Below, piece after piece: positions 9,982 to 17,471 of a DNA stretch of 64,000 nt. The first letter of the stretch is position 1; each line of letters opens with the position of its first letter. Source of the stretch: Elusimicrobiota bacterium (GTDB lineage: Bacteria > Elusimicrobiota > Elusimicrobia > JACQPE01). Below the pieces are notes generated by a model. It did no database searches and was not told the DNA's origin. It worked only from the letters and a program-made list of their open reading frames with translations. A program made the position numbers and the translations under genes. The stretch spans positions 1,559-65,558 of the forward strand of contig JACQPE010000004.1 of NCBI GenBank assembly GCA_016207685.1, in the 5' to 3' direction.

Positions 9982-12234
9982 TTATTTAGGCAAACTCTTC
10001 GTGTTGCGGCATTTAGGAAACCCTGAGCACGCCAAGAACGGCCCCCTGGGCCCGACACGTTTAAGAAGAAACTTGCCGCATTTTTCGCATTTGAATTCGG
10101 TGATCTCGGGCGCCGGACGGATGACCTTGTTTCCTTGACGGTCTAGACTGATGCTCGTTTTGCACTTCGGATAATCCTGACACGCCAAGTAAAAAAGCCC
10201 GCGCAAGCCTCGCTTCTTAAACATCAACTTACCGCATTTGGGACATTTTTCCTGCGTGACTTCAGGCTCCAAGGGATTGCCCTCTGTATCCAACGACATT
10301 TTATTTGTGCATGTTTCAGGATTATTCTCGCACATCAAGTACTTGCCGAAGCGCCCCTCCTTTAGCAGCATCACGCCGCCGCAGCGGCGGCATTTGTGGC
10401 CTGAATCTTTGGGAACCACGCTGACCTTGCCCATGGCTTTTTGAGCCTTTTGAATCTCCTTGTCAAAAGGCTTATAAAAAGCCTCGATCACCTTTTGCCA
10501 GGGGCGCTCCCCCTCGGCGATGAGATCCAAATCTTCCTCCATTTGGGCCGTAAAGGACAAATCCACCACGTCAGGAAAATGACCTTTAAGCTGTTCGATC
10601 ACCACTTTGCCGATTTCATTGGGATAAAATCGCCGCTCTTTAAGATACACATAGCCTCGGTCAACAACCGTAGCCAACGTCGGAGCGTAGGTAGACGGCC
10701 GTCCAATGCCGTGCTCTTCAAGAGTGCGCACTAGGCTGGCCTCATTGTAGCGCGGCGGAGACGAAGTTTCATGAGACCTGGCCTCAAGCGCATTCGGGAC
10801 GCCTGCCAAAGCCAATGATTCCCCTTCCTTCAGGGCCGGTAAACTCGACGGCTCGTCTCCCTCTCCTTCTTGATAATCTTCGTAGAGTCTCAAAAATCCG
10901 TCAAAAACCAGCCGCCGTCCGGTCGCGCGAAATTTCGCCTGGCCGCCGGCGTCGGCAATCTCAACGGTCATGACATGATAGAGCGCATCCTCCATTTGAC
11001 TCGCTAAAAACCGCCGCCAAATCAAATCATACAAGGCCCCATGGTCCTTTCCTCCCTGATCGCGCGCCATCTTGTACGCCAGCGCGTCTTTGTCCTGATA
11101 AACCGATGTGGGCCGGATCGCTTCATGCGCCTCTTGAGCGCCTTTGGTTTTTGTTTTATAAACAGGAATTTGGGCCGGATAATAATTTTTCCCAAAATTC
11201 TTGGCAATAAAATCCCGCGCCTGCTCCTGGGCCGATCGAGCGACATTGACCGAATCCGTGCGCATATAGGTGATAAAACCGTTCTCGTAAAGCCCCTGGG
11301 CCACGCGCATAGTGCGCTGGGCTGAAAATCCCAGCGCTTGAGACGCCGCCTGGGTCATCGTTGATGTCGTGAAGGGAGCGGCCGGGGAGCGTTTGCGGTC
11401 GGCCTCATCAAGCTTGCTGATACGCAAGGGCAACTGACGCAGTCGCGCGGTCGCCGCCTGCGCTGAAGCGTCATCCTTAAAGATGGTTGATTGGACTTTA
11501 TAAGTTTGAGCAAATAATTGATGCGTCCTTGTCTCGCCCACGACAGAGCCTTGCCACTCCACAAGTTCGGAGCTGAATGTCGCGCCGTTTTTTTCAAATA
11601 TCCCATGAATGCTCCAATAGGTTTCCCTGGCGAATTGATCAATTTCCTTCTCGCGTTCCACAATAAGCCGCACGGTTACCGATTGCACGCGTCCGGCCGA
11701 AAGCCCGCGGCGCACCTTGGCCCAAAGCAAGGGTGAGAGCTTGTAGCCCACCAGCCGGTCTAAAACCCGGCGGGCTTGCTGCGCCGAGACTAGATTTAAG
11801 TCAAGGCCGCGCGGATGCCCGATCGCCTCTTTAATGGCGTCTTTCGTGATTTCATGAAAAACAACCCTCTTGATTTTTGACGCGGGCAGCTTAAGCGTCT
11901 CAACCAAATGCCACGCGATGGCCTCGCCTTCCCTGTCATAGTCCGTGGCCAAAAAAATTTCCTTGGCCCCACGGGAAGCGCTCTTCAGTTCCGAGATCAC
12001 TTTGGTCTTTTTTTCAATGACCACGTATTGAGGCTCAAAATTCTTCTCCAAATCAACCCCAAGATCGCGCTGCGGTAAATCCCGAATATGGCCCATGCTG
12101 CTCTTAACGACAAAATTTTTTCCCAAAAATCCGGCGATCATGCGCTGCTTGGTCGGCGACTCGACGATCACGAGGGCGCCTCCGGAAGACGAGGTTCCTC
12201 TAGCTGCGCTCATAGCCATAGGCGCCGCTGACAA
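9982..12234 (-). CDS. topA: DNA topoisomerase I
   Basis: TOPRIM N-terminus GALVIVESPTKQRMIAGFLGKNFVVKSSMGHIRDL; C-terminal repeated CxxC...CxxC zinc-ribbon modules. Confidence 0.9.
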   Translation of the reverse strand: MSAAPMAMSAARGTSSSGGALVIVESPTKQRMIAGFLGKNFVVKSSMGHIRDLPQRDLGVDLEKNFEPQYVVIEKKTKVISELKSASRGAKEIFLATDYDREGEAIAWHLVETLKLPASKIKRVVFHEITKDAIKEAIGHPRGLDLNLVSAQQARRVLDRLVGYKLSPLLWAKVRRGLSAGRVQSVTVRLIVEREKEIDQFARETYWSIHGIFEKNGATFSSELVEWQGSVVGETRTHQLFAQTYKVQSTIFKDDASAQAATARLRQLPLRISKLDEADRKRSPAAPFTTSTMTQAASQALGFSAQRTMRVAQGLYENGFITYMRTDSVNVARSAQEQARDFIAKNFGKNYYPAQIPVYKTKTKGAQEAHEAIRPTSVYQDKDALAYKMARDQGGKDHGALYDLIWRRFLASQMEDALYHVMTVEIADAGGQAKFRATGRRLVFDGFLRLYEDYQEGEGDEPSSLPALKEGESLALAGVPNALEARSHETSSPPRYNEASLVRTLEEHGIGRPSTYAPTLATVVDRGYVYLKERRFYPNEIGKVVIEQLKGHFPDVVDLSFTAQMEEDLDLIAEGERPWQKVIEAFYKPFDKEIQKAQKAMGKVSVVPKDSGHKCRRCGGVMLLKEGRFGKYLMCENNPETCTNKMSLDTEGNPLEPEVTQEKCPKCGKLMFKKRGLRGLFYLACQDYPKCKTSISLDRQGNKVIRPAPEITEFKCEKCGKFLLKRVGPRGPFLACSGFPKCRNTKSLPK

Positions 12235-13363
12235 TGCGGCCCTCCATCTCCAATTCCAAAAGGGCGCGACTGGCTTCCTCTAGGCCTAATCCACTTTTCG
12301 AGAGCAATTGATCCATGTTCATCGGTTCCCCTGACAAGTGCTTTAAAATCTTCTCTTGAATCGCCAAAGAGACCGGCGTGATTTCTTTCAACGATCCTGC
12401 TTGAACCGTTTGTTGTTGATATTGCTTCCAGGGTTCAAGCCCTCGCGGCGCTCGCGCGATCATCTCCGGCAGGGACTCTAGCAAATCTTCGGGCTTTGAC
12501 AAACAAATGGCCCCATCCTTAATGAGAGCATGCGGACCCGCGCTACCGGCGGCAAAAATGCTTCCCGGTACGGCCCAAACGTCTTTTCCCAACCGCGCCG
12601 CGTGGCGCGCTGTAATTAAAGAACCGCTCGCCACGTCTCCCTCCACCACAACCACGGCCTGGGCCAAGGCGGCGATAATACGGTTTCGCTGCGGAAAATG
12701 ATGCGCCTGGGGGCCTTCCCCCAGGCCAAACTCCGTCACCGCTAAACCGTTGGACGGTATTGCTTCCCCCTGAAGAGACCGGTGGCTTGAAGGGTAGTTT
12801 TGATCCAAGCCCGTGCCCAAAACCGCAACTGTTGGCGCTCCTTCTTGCAAAGACCCCCTGTGCGCCGCCACGTCAATACCGTAGGCCAAACCGCTGATCA
12901 CGACAACCCCGGCTCGGGCCAATGATCGCGCCAAGCGTTCAGCCACGGCAACGCCGTAGGCGCTGGCTCGGCGCGAACCCACAATCGCGACGACCGGATG
13001 CCGCCAATGAGTCAAATCCAGCGTCCCGTGACACCACAAACCGGCAGGGGATTCTGTTGACCCAAGCCCGGCCAGGGCCTCCTTGATTTCTTCCAAAATC
13101 AAAAATTTCCAGCCCTTAGCCAAGGCCTCCTCATAAAGCCTGATCCAATATCCTATTTGGGGCTCCATGGCCTTTAAGGAGCGTTGATCGCCGGCGGGCA
13201 GCCGGCTCCAAAGACCTGGTTCAACATTCGGCAGCGAAAAATCGGCGCCAGCCCCCTCCCAGGCGCTTTCAATGATATTAATGCCCGCCAAGGAACATCC
13301 GGCCTGATGCAAAAGAAAACGCCGCTGCCGCAAATCTTCGCGGAGAGACGGAGCCATTAACAA
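12200..13363 (-). CDS. dprA: DNA processing protein DprA (Smf)
   Basis: DprA core GVVVISGLAYGIDVAAHRGSL and GSLITARHAARLGKDVWAVPG; typical dprA-topA order with 35-nt overlap. Confidence 0.85.
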   Translation of the reverse strand: MLMAPSLREDLRQRRFLLHQAGCSLAGINIIESAWEGAGADFSLPNVEPGLWSRLPAGDQRSLKAMEPQIGYWIRLYEEALAKGWKFLILEEIKEALAGLGSTESPAGLWCHGTLDLTHWRHPVVAIVGSRRASAYGVAVAERLARSLARAGVVVISGLAYGIDVAAHRGSLQEGAPTVAVLGTGLDQNYPSSHRSLQGEAIPSNGLAVTEFGLGEGPQAHHFPQRNRIIAALAQAVVVVEGDVASGSLITARHAARLGKDVWAVPGSIFAAGSAGPHALIKDGAICLSKPEDLLESLPEMIARAPRGLEPWKQYQQQTVQAGSLKEITPVSLAIQEKILKHLSGEPMNMDQLLSKSGLGLEEASRALLELEMEGRIVSGAYGYERS

Positions 13364-13384
13364 AAAATCCTCAAAATAATCCCT

Positions 13385-14239
13385 TCAGTCTTGTTCATTG
13401 CGGCGCGGCAAGCGCATCACGCCGTCGCCCAAAGAAATCGCGTCGTGGGAATAAATGATTTGGCACTCCGCGCGCTCATCAAAAACCTCATCGGTCACGC
13501 GCACTCTGCCGACGCGCTCGATGAGCCAATAACGCTTGCGTGTTCGCGGATCCGTCGCCTGCCGGGTCTTGCGAATAACCGCTAATTCATCTCCTGGCAC
13601 CAGCCCATCTCTGGACCCTAGGCTAATAAAAATAATGTCCCCCTGCGAGAGCATCACCAACTCCTTGTCGCGGCTGGAAATGATCCGGCCGTCATAATTC
13701 GTGAACTCTCTCTGACGAATAATCCGCCGCTGGGAATTGGTCGCGGTGGATACGGCCATTGTCCCTTCGCTTCCATCGCCCGCAGGAATATCGCTTTCAG
13801 CGGCCTCGGCCACGGGGGTCATTCCGGCCTTGGTTTCTGCGCCCCGTGGTTCTTGTTGAGGCTTGGCCGCCGCCATTGTTGGTTGTTCAGAAGCCTGATG
13901 TTCGGATGCGCCCAATTTTTTTATATCCCCCCTGGAGGCCCCGGAAACATAATCCGGCCCCGGCAGCTTTAATACCTGCCCGGGAACAAGTTGATTAGGA
14001 TCTTTCAAGATGTCGCGATTGATGTCATAAATCGCGCTCCAATCATAACCGTTTTCCCTGAATAAAACCGCGATCTGCCAAAGGGTGTCGCCTTTAACGA
14101 CAACGTAGCGCTCCTCCAAAATTTCCTCTTCGGCCCCGGCCGCGCTGATCTGACATAAAACGCAAGCGGCCATGGCCGCTTGAATAAATATTATCTTTCG
14201 TGACCCCTGACCCCTGACCCATGACCGCTTATTCCTCAT
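13385..14239 (-). CDS. secreted LysM domain protein
   Basis: LysM YVVVKGDTLWQIAVLF...VPGQVLKLP; start moved to MRNKRSW (14239) to avoid a 71-nt overlap with comM; N-terminus reads as a signal peptide and its first codons are the (TGACCCC)n repeat. Confidence 0.55.
   Translation of the reverse strand: MRNKRSWVRGQGSRKIIFIQAAMAACVLCQISAAGAEEEILEERYVVVKGDTLWQIAVLFRENGYDWSAIYDINRDILKDPNQLVPGQVLKLPGPDYVSGASRGDIKKLGASEHQASEQPTMAAAKPQQEPRGAETKAGMTPVAEAAESDIPAGDGSEGTMAVSTATNSQRRIIRQREFTNYDGRIISSRDKELVMLSQGDIIFISLGSRDGLVPGDELAVIRKTRQATDPRTRKRYWLIERVGRVRVTDEVFDERAECQIIYSHDAISLGDGVMRLPRRNEQD
14201..14226. repeat. heptamer array (TGACCCM)x3.7
   Basis: tgacccc tgacccc tgaccca tgacc; a 2-unit copy (tgacccctgaccctg) occurs at 8903..8917. 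Confidence 0.9.
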
Positions 14240-14258
14240 TTGCCCCCCCGCTTGGCGC

Positions 14259-15839
14259 TCAAAACGTAGGCGCGCGGTCCAGCGCGCGCATCTTGACGGC
14301 CATGCCCACATCCTCCATGGCGATTTCATCCCTGCCGCATAAATCAGCGGCGGTGCGCGCCACCTTCAAGATGCGGTGATAGGACCGCACTGATAAACTC
14401 AAGCGTTTGATCACCTTGCCTAGAAATTCTTCTTGAGCTTTATCAATTTTGCAATAGGCTTTTATCTCTTTGACGCCCATGGCCGCATTCACGCTGAAAT
14501 GCCGGCCATCGAACCGCCGCCGCTGGCGCGAGCGCGCCTCGATGACGCGCTGACGCACTTGGGAGGACGGCTCCGCGGTCACGCTTGGAGCCTGCCCGCT
14601 GGATAACGCCTCGCGAAACTCTTGGGAGGTGACTTCCACGTGAATGTCCATGCGGTCTAAAATAGGGCCGGAAAATTTACGGCGATAACGAATCACTTGA
14701 GAAGGGCTGCATTGACAGGGCCGCTCGGAAGAGCCCAGATACCCGCAGGGACAGGGATTCGTGGCCGCGATCATCATGAAACGCGCCGGATAGCGGAATC
14801 TACCGGCCGCCCGCGTGACATAAACCTCGCCCTCTTCAAGCGGCTGGCGCAAGGCTTCCAAAACCGGCCGGGAGAACTCGCCCATTTCATCAAGAAACAA
14901 AACCCCGTGATGCGCCAGACTGATTTCCCCGGGCAACGCCTGGGCGCCCCCGCCGATTAAGGAAATGTCGCTTGCCGTATGATGCGGATTGCGAAAAGGC
15001 CGCCGGACTACCAACGAAGCGCCGTCTTGTAAAGCCCCTGTCATGGAATAAATTTTTGTCAGCTCCATGGATTCTTGAAGCGACAAGGGCGGCAAAATTC
15101 CAGCAAAAGCCTTGGCCATCAATGTCTTGCCGACTCCCGGCGGCCCAACTAAAAGCGCATGATGGCCTCCGGCAGCCGCAATTTCCAAGGCTTTCTTGGC
15201 CAAGACATTGCCCACAACATCGCTAAAATCAACGCCATGTCCCAGGCCGTCCTCAAGACCGCCGTCCCATCCGTTCCAAAAATGATCATCATGGCGGAAT
15301 GGCGCCAACTCGCGCCGTCCTGAAATCCAATCCATGGCTTCCCGAAGATGCCCACAGCCGATGACATTCAAGTCGCGGACCAAGGCCGCCTCTTCCTTGT
15401 TATCCACGGGAACAACAACGCCTTGATACCCCTTGTCCCGCGCCAAAATCGCCATGGCCAAAACGCCGCGAACCCGGCGCAACGAGCCATCCAACCCCAA
15501 CTCCCCGGCAAATAAATACCGCGAGAGCTTGCCATGCGCGTCCTGATGATCAAACTGCCCGTCTTGGGCCATGATGCCGCAGGCCATGGCCAAATCAAGC
15601 TCGGCGCCGGCCTTAGGTAAATCCGCGGGCGCGAGATTAATCGTGAGTTTGGCCGCCGGGAAAGGCACGCCGCAGTTGCGGATAGCGGAGAGCACCCGCT
15701 CTCGGGACTCGCGCACTGACGGATCCGGAAGCCCGACCAAAGCAAAGGACGGCACCCCCCGTCGGCGCAAATCCACCTCGACCGTCACCAGCCGCGCGTC
15801 AATCCCATGCAGACAAGCCGAGGAAATTTTACTCGTCAT
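14259..15839 (-). CDS. comM: YifB/ComM family Mg-chelatase-like AAA+ ATPase
   Basis: N-terminus MTSKISSACLHGIDARLVTVEVDL; Walker A HALLVGPPGVGKTLMAKAFAGILPPL. Confidence 0.85.
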   Translation of the reverse strand: MTSKISSACLHGIDARLVTVEVDLRRRGVPSFALVGLPDPSVRESRERVLSAIRNCGVPFPAAKLTINLAPADLPKAGAELDLAMACGIMAQDGQFDHQDAHGKLSRYLFAGELGLDGSLRRVRGVLAMAILARDKGYQGVVVPVDNKEEAALVRDLNVIGCGHLREAMDWISGRRELAPFRHDDHFWNGWDGGLEDGLGHGVDFSDVVGNVLAKKALEIAAAGGHHALLVGPPGVGKTLMAKAFAGILPPLSLQESMELTKIYSMTGALQDGASLVVRRPFRNPHHTASDISLIGGGAQALPGEISLAHHGVLFLDEMGEFSRPVLEALRQPLEEGEVYVTRAAGRFRYPARFMMIAATNPCPCGYLGSSERPCQCSPSQVIRYRRKFSGPILDRMDIHVEVTSQEFREALSSGQAPSVTAEPSSQVRQRVIEARSRQRRRFDGRHFSVNAAMGVKEIKAYCKIDKAQEEFLGKVIKRLSLSVRSYHRILKVARTAADLCGRDEIAMEDVGMAVKMRALDRAPTF

Positions 15840-15901
15840 TGCGCCTCATTATAAATATGAATGAGCCGTTAGCCAACAAAAATTTTCGATAAAATCCTCT
15901 T

Positions 15902-16543
15902 ATGCTCATCGAACTAAATCCTATTGAAGCGCGCCTATTGGGCTCTCTGGTTGAAAAATCCCTGACAACGCCGGGGCTTTATCCGCTGACTTTTAACTCG
16001 CTGATCAACGCTTGCAATCAAAAAACAAACCGGGACCCGGTTATGAGCCTTGATGCGGACACGGCCGGCAAAGGCATCCAAACGCTCATCGAAAAGGGCC
16101 TTGCCGAGCGCCTGCAGCTTCCGGGGGACCGCGTCCCAAAATTTAAGCATCACATCGAGAAACTCTTAAACGGCGCTGATTCAAAACTAATCGGAACAAT
16201 CTGCGTGCTGCTACTTCGAGGGCCTCAAACCCCCGGCGGAATCAAAACGCGCACGGACCGCTTGTGCACCTTCACCGGCACCGCCGAAGTGGAAGGCCTC
16301 CTACAAAAACTTTGTGCTAGAAGCGAGGACCCCTTGGTCGCGCGCCTGCCACGTCAACCGGGACAAAAAGAAACCCGCTATCAGCACCTCTTGGGCGGGC
16401 CCATCGCCCATGCGCCGGCAGAGCCATTCCCAAAAATCGTCCCGCCTTCGGCAGACCGCCTAAGCAACCTGGAAACACGGGTCGGAGCCCTGGAAGCCTT
16501 CGTCAAAACTCTTCAACTCCAACCCCCGCGTAATCAGACCTAA
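15902..16543 (+). CDS. DUF480 (YceH/UPF0502-like) protein
   Basis: N-terminus MLIELNPIEARLLGSLVEKSLTTPGLYPLTFNSL typical of YceH family. Confidence 0.55.
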   Translation: MLIELNPIEARLLGSLVEKSLTTPGLYPLTFNSLINACNQKTNRDPVMSLDADTAGKGIQTLIEKGLAERLQLPGDRVPKFKHHIEKLLNGADSKLIGTICVLLLRGPQTPGGIKTRTDRLCTFTGTAEVEGLLQKLCARSEDPLVARLPRQPGQKETRYQHLLGGPIAHAPAEPFPKIVPPSADRLSNLETRVGALEAFVKTLQLQPPRNQT

Positions 16544-16550
16544 ATTCTCA

Positions 16551-16578
16551 AAAATGTAAAATGTGTAGATGTGACCCC
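16551..16578. repeat. 28-nt intergenic element, copy 1 (aaaatgtaaaatgtgtagatgtgacccc)
   Basis: its reverse complement matches 26 of 28 nt of 31339..31366; it fills the gap between convergent genes. Confidence 0.85.
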
Positions 16579-16583
16579 AATCC

Positions 16584-17340
16584 TTATTGGATTTTTTGAA
16601 GCACATACATCACATTTTTGACAGACCAAAGCCGAAGCCGTAAAACCAATTGTGCCACTCGCGTCAAAAAAATGGACCACTTCATCCGATTGTTCGTCAT
16701 GAACAGAAATCTGGTTAGCAAACGGGGATCAAGGCCGTTGATCACCAACTCTACCCCGCGCGGAAATTTCATATTTGCCGGCCTGATGCATTGATCATGC
16801 CCCTGACCATGACGTATAAAAATAAGCCCCCCGGGCGCCAAGAGATCGACATACTCTGCCAGAACCTTCCGGTGGACCTCCCCGGCTTCTTTCGCCGAGC
16901 TAAAAAATTTCCGGGTAAATGGATGGAACTCCCGGATATAAATCAAATCGTACCGGCCTTGCGCCACGTCTCGGTTGGCTTTGGGATCCGTGCCATCGGC
17001 CACCAAAAAATTGACACCCTCCACGGAACCGTTTCTTTGGCGAGCGATTGCAACTCCCGCATCGGACAAGTCAAAGGCGGTTACTTCTTTCGCTAAGCAC
17101 CGCAGTGCCAGCGTCAAATGTCCCAGACCGCAGCCGACCTCAAGACACCGCCGGATTGTGTGTGTGTGTGTGTGTGTGCTTTTCTATCAGAACAGAAACC
17201 AAATAAACATCTTTAAATACGCGCCATTTCTCCACGATGGTGCTGTTGTGTTCGACCTTGGGGTCGCCTCGGGCATACCCAGCGTTTTGACCGCGCACAT
17301 GATCCATCATCTTATCTCGAACAAAATCAATGTTCCCCAT
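16584..17340 (-). pseudogene. class I SAM-dependent methyltransferase with reading frame broken at a (CA)11 tract (possibly phase-variable rather than dead)
   Basis: Rossmann motif I LEVGCGLGHLTLALR is in frame with ORF 16584..17117 but upstream of its TTG start; the N-terminal part is ORF 17140..17340 ending ...EKHTHTHTH-NPAVS*; one extra CA unit would fuse the two frames. Confidence 0.5.
17157..17178. repeat. (TG)11 dinucleotide microsatellite
   Basis: read directly: 22 nt of alternating tg. Confidence 0.95.
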
Positions 17341-17471
17341 ATTAATTATCTCCTTGTTGAACCTGACAATAGCCGACGCGATCGGGCCGGGCCGTTAAAA
17401 AATTATAACACGTCGGCGGCGCGCCCTGCAGGGGTGTAGGCAAGAAGGTATTCTATTTTTATAATAAGCTC

